Shown here: piece after piece, positions 36,670 through 46,788 of the stretch
Numbering within the stretch: position 1 is the first letter of the stretch
Layout: each line of letters opens with the position of its first letter
Assembly: GCA_046340895.1 (NCBI GenBank)
Contig: JBKDSQ010000058.1
Span: 25,095 to 89,094, forward strand
Direction of reading: 5' to 3'
Length of the DNA stretch: 64,000 nucleotides
DNA from: Synechococcaceae cyanobacterium
GTDB taxonomy: Bacteria > Cyanobacteriota > Cyanobacteriia > PCC-6307 > Cyanobiaceae
Position numbers and translations under genes: made by a program
The notes under the pieces: generated by a model
Databases searched by the model: none
The model's input: the letters and a program-made list of their open reading frames with translations, nothing else
What the model was told of the DNA's origin: nothing

Positions 36670-39321
36670 GTGAGCGACCCCGCCCCCTTCGAGAGCGCCC
36701 CCTACGATCCCGCCGCGATCGAAGCGCGCTGGCAGAGCCGCTGGCAGGACCAGTCCCTCGACGCCACCCCCGCGGCACCGGACGATCGGCCGCCGTTCTA
36801 CGCCCTCTCGATGTTCCCCTATCCCTCGGGGAGCCTGCACATGGGCCATGTGCGCAATTACGTGATCACCGATGTGATCGCTCGCCTGCAGCGCCTGCGC
36901 GGCCATGCGGTGCTGCACCCGATGGGCTGGGACGGCTTCGGCCTGCCGGCGGAGAACGCCGCGATCGAACGGGGCAGCGATCCGGCCGAGTGGACCGACC
37001 GCAACATCGCCCAGATGCGCGCTCAGCTGCAGCGGCTCGGCCTCTCGATCGACTGGGACCGCGAGGTCGCCACCTGCCACGCCGATTACTACCGCTGGAC
37101 CCAGTGGCTGTTCCTGCAGTTCCTGGATGCCGGCCTGGCGTACCAGAGCGAGGCGCTGGTGAACTGGGATCCCATCGATCAAACCGTCCTCGCCAACGAG
37201 CAGGTGGATGCCGACGGCCGCTCCTGGCGCTCCGGAGCGCTGGTGGAAAAGCGCCGCCTGCGGCAGTGGTTCCTGCGCATCACCGCCTACGCCGGTGAAC
37301 TGCTCGACAGCCTGCCGGCCCTGGAGGGCTGGCCGGAGCGGGTGCGCACGATGCAGGCCAACTGGATCGGCCGCTCCAGCGGCGCCGAGCTGCACTTCCC
37401 CCTGCTCGATGCCCAGGGCGAGCCGAGCGGCGATCAGCTCACGGTGTTCACCACCCGGCCGGAAACCATCTACGGAGCCTCCTACGTGGTGCTGGCGCCG
37501 GAGCATCCGCTGGTGCCCACCCTCACCGCCGCTGCCCAGCGCGAGGCCGTGGCCGCCTTCTGCGATCTGGTGGGGCGGCAAAGCGAGCAGGAACGCACCG
37601 CCGAAGACCGCCCCAAGCGCGGCGTGCCGATCGGCGCCAGCGTTCGCAACCCGGCCAGCGGCGAAACGATCCCCCTCTGGATCGCCGATTACGTTCTGGC
37701 CGACTACGGCACCGGCGTGGTGATGGGCGTTCCCGCCCACGACCGGCGCGACTTTCTGTTCGCCCGCCAGTACGAGCTGCCGGTGCGCCAGGTGATCATC
37801 CCCGAAGGCAGCGATGAGCACGCCTTCGAGGGCGACGCCTGGGTGGAGCCCGGCGTGATGATCCACTCCGGCCCCTACAACGGCCTGCCCTCCGCGGCGG
37901 CGAAGCAGCGGATCGTGGCCGATGCGGAGGCGGATGGCTGGGGCGCGGGCCGGGTGCAGTACCGCCTGCGCGACTGGCTGATCTCCCGCCAGCGCTACTG
38001 GGGCTGCCCGATTCCAGTGATCCACTGCGAGGCCTGCGGCGTGGTGCCCGTGCCCGAGGAGCAGCTGCCGGTGCGCCTGCCCACCGGCCTGCGGCTGGAG
38101 GGCCGCGGCGGCTCGCCGCTGGCGAAGCTCGAGAGCTGGGTGCAGGTCAGCTGCCCCTGCTGCGGCCAGCCGGCCCGGCGTGAGACCGACACCATGGACA
38201 CCTTCATGTGCTCCAGCTGGTACTACCTGCGCTACGCCGATCCGCGCAACGACTGCCTGCCCTTCCGCCGCGAGGCGGTGGACCGCTGGCTGCCGGTCGA
38301 CCAGTACGTGGGCGGCATCGAGCACGCAATCCTGCATCTGCTGTATTCCCGCTTCTTCACCCGCGTGCTGCGCGACCGCGGCCTGCTCGGCTTCGAGGAA
38401 CCCTTCGCCCGCCTGCTCACCCAGGGAATGGTGCAGGGCGTCACCTATCGCAACCCCCACAGCGGCCGCTATGTGGCCCCAGCCGATGTGGCCGACCCCA
38501 GCGATCCGCGCGACCCGATCGATGGCCAGCGGCTCGAGGTGAGCTACGACAAGATGTCCAAATCGAAGTACAACGGCGTCGATCCGGCGGCGGTGATCGA
38601 GCGCTACGGCGCCGACACCGCGCGCATGTTCATCCTGTTCAAGGCGCCTCCGGAAAAGGATCTCGAGTGGGACGACGCCGATGTGGAGGGGCAGTACCGC
38701 TTCCTGCAGCGCCTCTGGCGGCTGGTGGAGGGGGCGCGCCGGCGCGGCCTGAGCCTGGTGGACCGCCGCGAGGCGGCCGAAGATCCGCTGCCCGGGTCGC
38801 TCAGCGAGGCGGAGCGGGAGCTGCGCCGGGCCGTGCACACCGCCATCCAGGAGGTGAGTGAGGATCTTCTCGGCTCGTTGCAGTGCAACACCGCCGTGTC
38901 CGAGCTGATGAAGCTGGCCAACGCCATGGCCACCCATCTGGAGGCGGCGGGCGATGCGGTGGCCCGCGAGGCCCTGCGCACCCTGCCGGTGCTGCTGGCC
39001 CCATTCGCCCCCCACCTGGCCGAGGAGCTGTGGCATCGCCTCGGCGCCAACCCCGATCCCGACAGCGACAACGGATCAGCCAGCGTGCACCGCCAGCGCT
39101 GGCCCCAGCTCGACCCCACCGCCCTGCTGCGGGACACGATCCCGCTGGTGATCCAGGTGAAGGGCAAGGTGCGCGGCAGCCTCGAGGTGCCGGCCGACGC
39201 CGACGCCGCCACCCTCGAGCGGCTCGCCCTGGCCAGCGAGGTGGCCGCCCGCTGGCTGGAGGGTCAGCCGCCGCGGCGGGTGATCGTGGTGCCCGGCAAG
39301 CTCGTGAACCTGGTGCCCTAG
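36670..39321 (+). CDS. leuS: Leucyl-tRNA synthetase
   Basis: 883 aa. HMGH (HIGH-type) and KMSKS motifs, and a CP1 editing domain. GTG start. Confidence 0.97.
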   Translation: MSDPAPFESAPYDPAAIEARWQSRWQDQSLDATPAAPDDRPPFYALSMFPYPSGSLHMGHVRNYVITDVIARLQRLRGHAVLHPMGWDGFGLPAENAAIERGSDPAEWTDRNIAQMRAQLQRLGLSIDWDREVATCHADYYRWTQWLFLQFLDAGLAYQSEALVNWDPIDQTVLANEQVDADGRSWRSGALVEKRRLRQWFLRITAYAGELLDSLPALEGWPERVRTMQANWIGRSSGAELHFPLLDAQGEPSGDQLTVFTTRPETIYGASYVVLAPEHPLVPTLTAAAQREAVAAFCDLVGRQSEQERTAEDRPKRGVPIGASVRNPASGETIPLWIADYVLADYGTGVVMGVPAHDRRDFLFARQYELPVRQVIIPEGSDEHAFEGDAWVEPGVMIHSGPYNGLPSAAAKQRIVADAEADGWGAGRVQYRLRDWLISRQRYWGCPIPVIHCEACGVVPVPEEQLPVRLPTGLRLEGRGGSPLAKLESWVQVSCPCCGQPARRETDTMDTFMCSSWYYLRYADPRNDCLPFRREAVDRWLPVDQYVGGIEHAILHLLYSRFFTRVLRDRGLLGFEEPFARLLTQGMVQGVTYRNPHSGRYVAPADVADPSDPRDPIDGQRLEVSYDKMSKSKYNGVDPAAVIERYGADTARMFILFKAPPEKDLEWDDADVEGQYRFLQRLWRLVEGARRRGLSLVDRREAAEDPLPGSLSEAERELRRAVHTAIQEVSEDLLGSLQCNTAVSELMKLANAMATHLEAAGDAVAREALRTLPVLLAPFAPHLAEELWHRLGANPDPDSDNGSASVHRQRWPQLDPTALLRDTIPLVIQVKGKVRGSLEVPADADAATLERLALASEVAARWLEGQPPRRVIVVPGKLVNLVP

Positions 39322-39328
39322 GCGCGGC

Positions 39329-40927
39329 TCAGGCCCGCCGCACCCGCAGGCTGGCGGGATCGCCCCAGGAGCCCTCGGCCTGGTAACCGCGCGGGTTGGC
39401 GCACAGGTGACGCAGCGCCCAGAACAGCGGCTCGGGGCTCGGCACCGCCAACGCCGCCTGCAGCTCCGCCAGCGAGCGGTCCCGCCCATCGGCCAGTTCC
39501 GCCTCCAGCCGCCCCTGCAGCTCCAGAACCGCCGCAGCCGCCTTCTTGCCCGCTTCCACCCCGGGTTGGTCGTAGGCGTTGATGTCCACCAGTTCGGCAT
39601 AGAGGCCCACAGCCCGCTCAAACAGGGCGATCAGGGCACCGAGGCTGCGCTCCTCGAAGCGGGCCAGGGTGATGGTGAGGCTCTGGCGACCCCCTTCGCC
39701 GAGGGCGGCGCGGGTGCCCTGCAGGAAGCCCTCCAGGAAATCGGCGGGCTGCTCGCCGTGGAGGCTGGGCACATCGGCGGGATCGTCGAGGGCCTCCAGG
39801 AAGCTCACGAAGAAGTTGTCCAGGCCATCGCGCAGCTGCTGCACGTAGGCGTGCTGATCGGTGGAGCCCTTGTTGCCATACACGGCCAGGCCCTGGTGCA
39901 CCACCTGCCCCTGCCGATCGAGCCGCTTGCCCAGGCTCTCCATCACCAGCTGCTGCAGGTAACGGCTGAACACCTCCAGCCGGTCGCGGTAGGGGAGCAC
40001 CACCATGTCGCGGCGACCGCGGCCATCGCCGGCCACGAACCAGGCCGCCGCCAGCAGCGCAGCGGGGTTGCGGCGCAGCTCCGGCAGCCTGGTGGCCCGA
40101 TCCATCGCGGCGGCACCGTCGAGGAAGCCGCGCACGTCGGCGCCGATCAGGGCGGCCGGCAGCAGGCCCACGGCGCTGGTGATCGAGGTGCGCCCGCCCA
40201 CCCAGTCGGGCATGTCGAAGCGGGCCAGCCAGCCCTCCCCCTCCGCCAGCCGATCCAGCTGGCTGCCCACCATCGTCACGGCAACAGCCTGGCGGCCCCA
40301 CACGCCGCCCGCCGCCTCGAGGCGGGCGCGGCTCTGCTCCATGCCCAGGCGCGGCTCCGGCGTGCCGCCGGACTTGCTGACCACAATCACCAGGGTGGTG
40401 CGCAGGCGCTCGCCCAGCCCGGCCAGGGTGCGGCTGATGCCCTGGGGGTCGACGTTGTCGAGGAAGTGGAAGGGCAGCCCCACCCCATGGCGCTGCAGGG
40501 CGCGCAGGACCAGCAGCGGCCCGAGGCCGGAGCCGCCGATGCCGATCCACAGCACATCGCTGAACCGCCCGGCGGGGCCGCTGATCGCGCCATCGATCAC
40601 CTGGCGGCCGAAGCTCTCGATCCGCTCCACCTCGGCGGTGATGTGGGCGGTGATGGCGGGATCGGGGGCCAGCTCCGGCGCGCGCAGCCAGTAGTGGCCC
40701 ACCATGCGCTGCTCATCCACGTTCGCGATCGCGCCGGCCTCGAGGGCCTGCATCGCCGCGAAGGCCGGCGCGAAGCGGGGTTCGAGGGCCTCCAGATCGG
40801 CCTGGCCGATCGCCATGCGGCTGATGTCCAGCCAAAGACCGAGCTCCGCGTCGTGCCAGAGAAGGGAGCAGAAGCGCTGCCACAGCGCATCGGGATCCTG
40901 GCCGTCCAGCGGCGGAAGGGGGGGCAT
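39329..40927 (-). CDS. pgi: Glucose-6-phosphate isomerase
   Basis: ATG at 40925-40927. IGIGGSGLGP, VSKSGGTPE and GSTDQHAYVQQLRDG blocks are typical of PGI. Confidence 0.93.
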   Translation of the reverse strand: MPPLPPLDGQDPDALWQRFCSLLWHDAELGLWLDISRMAIGQADLEALEPRFAPAFAAMQALEAGAIANVDEQRMVGHYWLRAPELAPDPAITAHITAEVERIESFGRQVIDGAISGPAGRFSDVLWIGIGGSGLGPLLVLRALQRHGVGLPFHFLDNVDPQGISRTLAGLGERLRTTLVIVVSKSGGTPEPRLGMEQSRARLEAAGGVWGRQAVAVTMVGSQLDRLAEGEGWLARFDMPDWVGGRTSITSAVGLLPAALIGADVRGFLDGAAAMDRATRLPELRRNPAALLAAAWFVAGDGRGRRDMVVLPYRDRLEVFSRYLQQLVMESLGKRLDRQGQVVHQGLAVYGNKGSTDQHAYVQQLRDGLDNFFVSFLEALDDPADVPSLHGEQPADFLEGFLQGTRAALGEGGRQSLTITLARFEERSLGALIALFERAVGLYAELVDINAYDQPGVEAGKKAAAAVLELQGRLEAELADGRDRSLAELQAALAVPSPEPLFWALRHLCANPRGYQAEGSWGDPASLRVRRA

Positions 40928-41143
40928 GGCCACGGCGGCGCCGGCTCTGGGCCCCCAGACCGTATCCAGACGGGTCCCAGCTCGGCAAGCCGCCACAGCC
41001 CTGTGTGGGCCAGAGGACTTTCTGCGCAGTGGCCTCTGGAGGAATCCGGAAAAAACGTTAGGGTTCAAGGGCTGGCCGATTTCGCGTCGGCTGCCATTCA
41101 CCGCACCGATCTCCGCATCGCTCCCCGTCTGCCGCTTGCCATC

Positions 41144-41977
41144 GTGGCCCGTTCGTGCCGTCGGTTCGCTCCCCTGGCGCTGCTTGGAGCCAGTGCCCTT
41201 GGTTGTTCGATCTTCGCTGTGGCTGCCGCCCTGCGACCGCCGTCACCTGTGCTGCTCACCGAGCGGGGCCTTCTCGAGAGCGTCGGCAGCCGCGGCAGCG
41301 ATCCCTCCGCCTCCCCGAGCGAGGGCCTGCGCCCCGATCCGCTCGACTTCAGCCCCTCCGAGCTGCGCGAACTCCACCGCCGCTTCGGCGTCCACGGCCC
41401 CCAACCGCGGCTGGCGCAACTGTTCACCGAAGGCCTCGATCAGTTCCAGCCCCTGCGCGCCCACACCATGGCCCGGCTCGAGGAACTGCGGCCGGTGATC
41501 CTGCGCGAGTCGGCGCGCCATCGCATCAATCCGATGCTGGTCTGCGCCGTGCTGTTCGATGAAATGCAGCACGCCAAGCCGGGGGAAAACATGCCCCTGG
41601 CGGCCCACTCGGGCCTGTTCAGCACCCATGGACCGGCCCAGCTGAGCCTGGGGGAACTGGTGAAGCAGGGCCTGCTGCCCGCAGACGCCAGCCCCGAGGA
41701 GCAGATGGCCGCCCGCGACCGCCTGCTCGATCCCGATGGCAACGTGGCGGTGCTGGTGGGCAAGTTCGTGCGGCTGCGCCGCGAACTCGGCCTGCCCAGC
41801 CACCGCACCCTCAGCGCCAGCCGCTCCCCGCGCGACGCCAAGGCGTTGGCCACCCTCGCCTATCTCCACAACGGCAAGCTCGATTACCCGGGCCGCATCC
41901 TGCGCCACATGCAGGATCCGGGCCTCCACGCCGTGCTGTACGGCGTGCGGCGCGAACCCACCAGCCCACTGATCTGA
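41144..41977 (+). CDS. Exported hypothetical protein (possibly transglycosylase-like)
   Basis: C-terminal part of the shadow-fused ORF 39407-41977. GTG at 41144 precedes a hydrophobic segment (FAPLALLGASALGCSIFAVAAA). The INPMLVCAVLFDEMQH block is vaguely SLT-like. The function is inferred only. Confidence 0.45.
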   Translation: MARSCRRFAPLALLGASALGCSIFAVAAALRPPSPVLLTERGLLESVGSRGSDPSASPSEGLRPDPLDFSPSELRELHRRFGVHGPQPRLAQLFTEGLDQFQPLRAHTMARLEELRPVILRESARHRINPMLVCAVLFDEMQHAKPGENMPLAAHSGLFSTHGPAQLSLGELVKQGLLPADASPEEQMAARDRLLDPDGNVAVLVGKFVRLRRELGLPSHRTLSASRSPRDAKALATLAYLHNGKLDYPGRILRHMQDPGLHAVLYGVRREPTSPLI

Positions 41978-42001
41978 TGCCGGCGGCCGCGAAGCGGTCG
42001 C

Positions 42002-42889
42002 TCAGCAGAGCAGACCCAGGGCCGCCAGGCGGCTTTCCAGCTCGCGCCAATCAAAGCTGCGCGGATCGCCGCGCTCGCCGCCCAGATCCACGTGACGGTG
42101 GGTGGTGATCGCCTGGGGGGAGATGTTGAACCGCCGCATCCAGTCGGCCACCACAAGGGCCGCGGCGTCGTACTGGGCCTGGGTATAGCCGCTGTGCGCG
42201 GGATCCTGGTCCTCCCCGTCGGCCGGGGTTTCGAGGCTGAGGTGCAGGGCGAAGTTGTTGATCGAGCCCCCCACCGACGGGTTCGTCACCACCCACTGGC
42301 CGTTGAACGCGGAATTGCCGGCCCCGAAGGCCCGCTGCTCCGGCGGCACCGCCTCCACGATCTCGCCGCGCTGGCCCACCAGCGTGTGATAACTCACCTG
42401 GTCCTCATCGCGCGGATGGGGCGTCTTGAAGGTGTTGAGGGCCGAGCCGAGGCTATACACGGTCTCGTGCAGCACCACCACCCGTGGTGTCGGATCGACG
42501 GGGTTGCCGAAGGCGTCCTGGCGGTAGCGGTTGCCGAAGTTGGTGGGGTCGATCGGCACCCGCTGGCGCAGGCTGGGCAGGTTGGCCAGGGCCACCGAGA
42601 GGCGTTGGCTGAGCTGGGGATCGCTGGCCGGGCAGGACTGGGCCAGGGGGCTGCTCCAACGCAGGGGATCGGGCGGCAGGGGCGCGGCGCGGCGCGGGCT
42701 GGCCGGGGGGCTGCTGCTGCTGCCGCCGGGGCGGCCCACGTCCTCCAGCAGATCGAGCAAGGAGGGGCGGGCATCGGCGCGGCTGGACGCGTTGCCGAAC
42801 AGTTCACGCCCCAGCCAGCCGAGGGCCGCCAGGCTCACCGTGGCGGCACCGGCCATCGCCCAGATCAGCGGCTGAACCCGGCTGTTCAT
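42002..42889 (-). CDS. N-acetylmuramoyl-L-alanine amidase (amidase_2/PGRP fold)
   Basis: N-terminal anchor, then VVVLHETV...SYHTLVGQRGEIVE...AFGAGNS...THRHVD, typical of AmpD/amidase_2. Its ATG overlaps the upstream stop (ATGA). Confidence 0.85.
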   Translation of the reverse strand: MNSRVQPLIWAMAGAATVSLAALGWLGRELFGNASSRADARPSLLDLLEDVGRPGGSSSSPPASPRRAAPLPPDPLRWSSPLAQSCPASDPQLSQRLSVALANLPSLRQRVPIDPTNFGNRYRQDAFGNPVDPTPRVVVLHETVYSLGSALNTFKTPHPRDEDQVSYHTLVGQRGEIVEAVPPEQRAFGAGNSAFNGQWVVTNPSVGGSINNFALHLSLETPADGEDQDPAHSGYTQAQYDAAALVVADWMRRFNISPQAITTHRHVDLGGERGDPRSFDWRELESRLAALGLLC

Positions 42890-44622
42890 GGCCGCAGCGC
42901 CAGCCAGCGCCGCCGCCGCTCCAGCTGCTCCAGCGTGGGATCGGGCATCGTCTCGAGCCGCCAGCGGACCACCACCGGTGGATCGGCCTGCAGGGTTGTC
43001 TGCCGCACCTGGCCATCGCGGCAGAAGAGCACCGCCACCGGCCGCAACGGCTTGGGCAGTCCTAGCAGGGGGGGCAGATCCTCCTCGCTGCGCACCCGCT
43101 GGCCATCGATTGCCAGCAGTTCATCCCCCACCGCCAGGCCCGCCCGTTGGGCGGCTCCGTCGCGGTCGACCCGCCGCAGCACCAGACCCGCGCTTCCCTG
43201 CGGCTCAGGCTGCCAACCTGCGAACGGATGGCATCCGGTTTCTGGCACGAGCCGCAGACCCACCTCAGCCAGGCATTCATCGATGGGCGGATCATCGGTG
43301 CTCTCCAGCCACTGCGGCAGAAGGGTGGACAGATCGGGGGCGTGGTCGGCGAAGGCGGCGATCAGATCGCTGGGGCCGTAGCCGCGGCGGTGGCGGCCAT
43401 GGCTGTGCCACAGCTGGCGCAACACCGCGCCGATCCAGGAGCCGTGGCGGCGCAGATGCAGGTCGAGCACCAGCGCCAGCACCGCCCCCTTGAGGTAGTA
43501 GCTGATCTGGGTGTCGTGGGAGTGCGCATCCTGGCGATAGAGCTTCACCCAGGCCTCCTCGGCGCTGGCCTGAAGGCTCTGCACACGACGGCCGGCGGTG
43601 AGGCGGTAGCGGCTGAGATCGGCGCCGAGATCCTCCAGCAGCTCCGCCTCCTCCACCAGGCCCGCCGCCACCGGCAGCAGCGGATCGAGGTAGCTCGTCA
43701 CCCCCTCGGCAAACCAGAGGCTGGAGACGATCGTGGGCCGGTCGTAGTCGATCGGCGTCAGCTCCGCCGGCCGCAGCCGCCGCACGTTCCACTGGTGCAG
43801 GTATTCATGGGCCACCAGCTGCAGCAGCTTGCGCCGACCGTCCGGCCGCCGCAGCGCCCGCCGGCTGAACTGCAGCACACAGCTGCGGTCGTGCTCCAGG
43901 CCACCGAAGCCCTGCTCGAGCAGGTGCAGCACGAACAGGTAGTCGTCTGCTGGCGGATGCTCCTGGCCCATCAACCGGCAACAGGCCAGGCACACCTGCT
44001 CCACATCCGCCAGCCAGGTGGGATGGTCGAGCACCGGATCGCCTCCCCAGCTCACCCAGCGATGCGGGCGCCCCGCCACCTGGAAGCTGTGGCAAGGGTG
44101 GGGGCCCAGCTCCAGCGGTGTGTCGAGCAGCGTGTCGAAATCGGGCGCCAGCCAGGTGCCATCCTCCTGCCGGGGCAGGGACACGAACGGCTGCCAGCCG
44201 CCCGGCAGGAGCAGCGTCAGCCGATGCGGCCGCCAGCGCTCCCCCTCCACCTGCAACACCACGCCGGCCAGGGCGAGAAAGCCGTGGTCGCCGCTGAGGT
44301 GGCACGTGCGCACCGTGAGCTCGGTGGCCAGGATGCGCCAGCGGATCTCCAGCGGCTCCAGGCTCTCCAACCGCAGGCTCCAGGCCGCCACCTCACGCCG
44401 CCGCAGGGGCAGCCTGCGGCCCGCCTGCAGGACCTCCAGCCCCTCCAGGGTGCGCACGTAATCGCGGATCAGATAGGAGCCCGGCGTCCAGGCCGGCAGG
44501 CGCAGCACCAGCTCAGGCCGTTGCGGCTGGATGCGGAGCCGGGCCTGCACCAGATGGCGCTGGGGCTCGCGTAGATCGAGCTCCAGATCCAGCGGCGCGG
44601 CAGCGGTTGCCCCCTCAGGCAC
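42886..44622 (-). CDS. M61 family metallopeptidase with C-terminal PDZ domain
   Basis: FGGLEHDRS and HEYLHQWN (HExxH) motifs, and a PDZ-like AGLAVGDELLAIDGQRV. Start taken at GTG 44620-44622 just after the ycf35 stop; the ORF is open to 44772. Confidence 0.85.
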   Translation of the reverse strand: MPEGATAAAPLDLELDLREPQRHLVQARLRIQPQRPELVLRLPAWTPGSYLIRDYVRTLEGLEVLQAGRRLPLRRREVAAWSLRLESLEPLEIRWRILATELTVRTCHLSGDHGFLALAGVVLQVEGERWRPHRLTLLLPGGWQPFVSLPRQEDGTWLAPDFDTLLDTPLELGPHPCHSFQVAGRPHRWVSWGGDPVLDHPTWLADVEQVCLACCRLMGQEHPPADDYLFVLHLLEQGFGGLEHDRSCVLQFSRRALRRPDGRRKLLQLVAHEYLHQWNVRRLRPAELTPIDYDRPTIVSSLWFAEGVTSYLDPLLPVAAGLVEEAELLEDLGADLSRYRLTAGRRVQSLQASAEEAWVKLYRQDAHSHDTQISYYLKGAVLALVLDLHLRRHGSWIGAVLRQLWHSHGRHRRGYGPSDLIAAFADHAPDLSTLLPQWLESTDDPPIDECLAEVGLRLVPETGCHPFAGWQPEPQGSAGLVLRRVDRDGAAQRAGLAVGDELLAIDGQRVRSEEDLPPLLGLPKPLRPVAVLFCRDGQVRQTTLQADPPVVVRWRLETMPDPTLEQLERRRRWLALRP

Positions 44623-44956
44623 GGACGTGGACAACGGCGTCGCCAAGCAGCGCACGGGCCTCGGCCACGGCCTGGTGGGCGGCGTAGGCACGGGTGATGC
44701 GCCCCAACAGACGCTGCAGGGGCCGGGAACGGCTGAGCCGCTGCAGATCGCCCACCAGCGCCAGCGAGCCATCCCCCTGGCGGCTCCAGCCGAGGTCCTG
44801 GCCGTCGGCGAGCCGCACGCGCACCTCGACCGGCAGCTCCTGATCGAACCCGCGCACGCTGCCGCCGCGCTGCGGTTGGAGCTTCAGGCTGGCGAGGCTG
44901 GCGACCAGAAGGTCGGCATCGCGCAAGACCGTTGGCAGGATAGAGAGGTGGGACAT
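44615..44956 (-). CDS. ycf35: DUF1257 / Ycf35-like protein
   Basis: 113 aa. The MSHLSILPTVLRDADLLVASLASL N-terminus matches the Ycf35/DUF1257 pattern. Confidence 0.75.
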   Translation of the reverse strand: MSHLSILPTVLRDADLLVASLASLKLQPQRGGSVRGFDQELPVEVRVRLADGQDLGWSRQGDGSLALVGDLQRLSRSRPLQRLLGRITRAYAAHQAVAEARALLGDAVVHVRA

Positions 44957-44962
44957 GGAGCA

Positions 44963-45670
44963 ATGCCCGCTTTGCCCGACGGTAGCGGCAATTCAGCCGG
45001 GGTCGATTCCGACGTGAGCATTCAGTGGCCCCTGCCGCCGACCGATCCGCCTGCCCATCGGCCGGTGCGGCTGGCGGTGATGGCCTCCGGCGACGGCAGC
45101 AATTTCGAAGCCCTGGTGCACTCCTGCCGCAGCGGCCAGGTGCTGGGGGATGTGGTGCTGCTGGTGGTGAATGAAGCCAACTGCGGCGCCCGCCAGCGCG
45201 CCGAACGGCTGGCGGTGCCCTGCCGGCTGCTCGACCACCGCCTGCAGCCGAGCCGCGATGCCCTCGACGGGGAGCTGGTGGCGGCCTTCGAGGCGGTGGG
45301 GGCGGATCTGGTGGTGATGGCGGGCTGGATGCGGATCGTCACGCCACGGCTGATCGAGGCGTTCCCCAACCGGCTGCTCAATCTCCATCCCTCGCTGCTG
45401 CCCAGCTTCCGCGGCCGCGACGGCATCGCCGCCGCCCTGGCGGCGCAGGTGACGCTGGCGGGCTGCACCGCCCACCTGGTGGTGCCGGAGGTGGATGCGG
45501 GGCCCATCCTGGTGCAGGCCGCCGTGCCCGTGCTGCCCGGCGATGACCGCGCCAGCCTGCATGCGCGGATCCGGGTGCAGGAACACCGCATCCTCCCCCT
45601 GGCGGTGCGCCTGGCGGCCGAAGGGCTCGATGCCGAGCGGAGGGCGGCCGAGGAGGGTTCTCAGGGATAG
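44963..45670 (+). CDS. purN: Phosphoribosylglycinamide formyltransferase
   Basis: RLAVMASGDGSNFEAL, LVVMAGWMRI, LNLHPSLLPSFRG and VDAGPIL motifs. ATG at 44963 (GTG 45014 is an alternative). Confidence 0.9.
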   Translation: MPALPDGSGNSAGVDSDVSIQWPLPPTDPPAHRPVRLAVMASGDGSNFEALVHSCRSGQVLGDVVLLVVNEANCGARQRAERLAVPCRLLDHRLQPSRDALDGELVAAFEAVGADLVVMAGWMRIVTPRLIEAFPNRLLNLHPSLLPSFRGRDGIAAALAAQVTLAGCTAHLVVPEVDAGPILVQAAVPVLPGDDRASLHARIRVQEHRILPLAVRLAAEGLDAERRAAEEGSQG

Positions 45671-46725
45671 AAGGGAAGCAGCGGCAGGCCGGTGCCGGCC
45701 TCCAGTCCCGCCATCAGGTTCAGGCACTGCAGCCCCTGGCCCGCCTGACCCTTGATCAGGTTGTCGATCGCGCTCATCAGGATCAGCTGGCCTGTGCGCT
45801 TGTCCACCTGCACCGAGAGCAGGCAGCGGTTCGTCTGCCGCACCCACTTCGTGGAGGGGTAGGTGCCGGTGGGCAGCACAGCCACGCAGGGGCTATGGCG
45901 GTAGGCCGCCTGCAGCAGCGTGGTGCAGTCTTCCGCGGTCAGGCCGGGATCGCGCAGGCGCGCGTACACCGTGGCCAGCAGGCCGCGCACCATGGGCATC
46001 AGATGCGGCGTGAACTGCAGGCGGATCGGCTGGCCGGCCTCGCGCGAAGCCAGCTGCTCGATCTCGCTGGTGTGGCGGTGGCCCACCACGCCGTAGGGGG
46101 CCACCGCCTCGGCGGCCTCCGCCAGCAGCAGGTGCTCCTTGGCGGCGCGGCCGCCGCCGGAGGTGCCGGTCTTGGCGTCGATCACGATTCCGCCCGGCTC
46201 GATCAGGCCCTGCTTGAGGAAGGGGAGCAGGGCCAGGAGACTGGCGGTGGGGAAACAGCCCGGTGCCGCCACCAGCCGGGCCTGGCGAATGCGCTCCTGC
46301 TCCCACTCCACCAGGCCGTAAACCGCCTCGCGGCAGAGCTCGGCGTCGTGGCGGGGAACGGCGCGGGCCTCGCTGGCGTACACCTCCTGCCACTGCGCCA
46401 GGTCGCGGTAGCGGTAGTCGGCGGAGAGATCCACCACCTTCACGCCGCGCTCCAGCAGGGCGGGCACCAGGCCGGCGGCCAGGCCGTTGGGCAGGCTCAG
46501 CACCGCCAGGTCGGCCGCCGCCGCGATGGCATCCGGATCGGGGCTGGCCACCTGCGGGTCCCCGGGCAGGGGCAGGAAGGGCACCAGCTCGCTCCAGCGC
46601 TTGCCGCTGCTGCGTTCGCCACCAAGGAAGCCGACCGTGAAGTGCGGATGGCCCTGCAGCAGCCGCAGGGTCTGCAGGCCGCCGTAGCCACTGGCACCGA
46701 TCACCGCGACGCTGCTGGCTGCCAT
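45661..46725 (-). CDS. argC: N-acetyl-gamma-glutamyl-phosphate reductase
   Basis: 354 aa. VAVIGASGYGG N-terminus, active-site PGCFPTA, and the LIKGQAGQ C-terminal block. Confidence 0.95.
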   Translation of the reverse strand: MAASSVAVIGASGYGGLQTLRLLQGHPHFTVGFLGGERSSGKRWSELVPFLPLPGDPQVASPDPDAIAAAADLAVLSLPNGLAAGLVPALLERGVKVVDLSADYRYRDLAQWQEVYASEARAVPRHDAELCREAVYGLVEWEQERIRQARLVAAPGCFPTASLLALLPFLKQGLIEPGGIVIDAKTGTSGGGRAAKEHLLLAEAAEAVAPYGVVGHRHTSEIEQLASREAGQPIRLQFTPHLMPMVRGLLATVYARLRDPGLTAEDCTTLLQAAYRHSPCVAVLPTGTYPSTKWVRQTNRCLLSVQVDKRTGQLILMSAIDNLIKGQAGQGLQCLNLMAGLEAGTGLPLLPFYP

Positions 46726-46788
46726 GGCGCTGGGGGGACTGCCGGATCGTACCGGGCTTTATAAAGGACTCCGCGGCCCCCTCCGACC

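Noticed and set aside
36544-39036. 830-aa minus-strand ORF
   Set aside because: It is antisense to leuS, which has HIGH and KMSKS motifs. It is a shadow ORF.
39407-41100. N-terminal two thirds of the 856-aa plus-strand ORF
   Set aside because: It is antisense to pgi. Only the part downstream of about 41144, beyond the pgi start, looks like a real gene.
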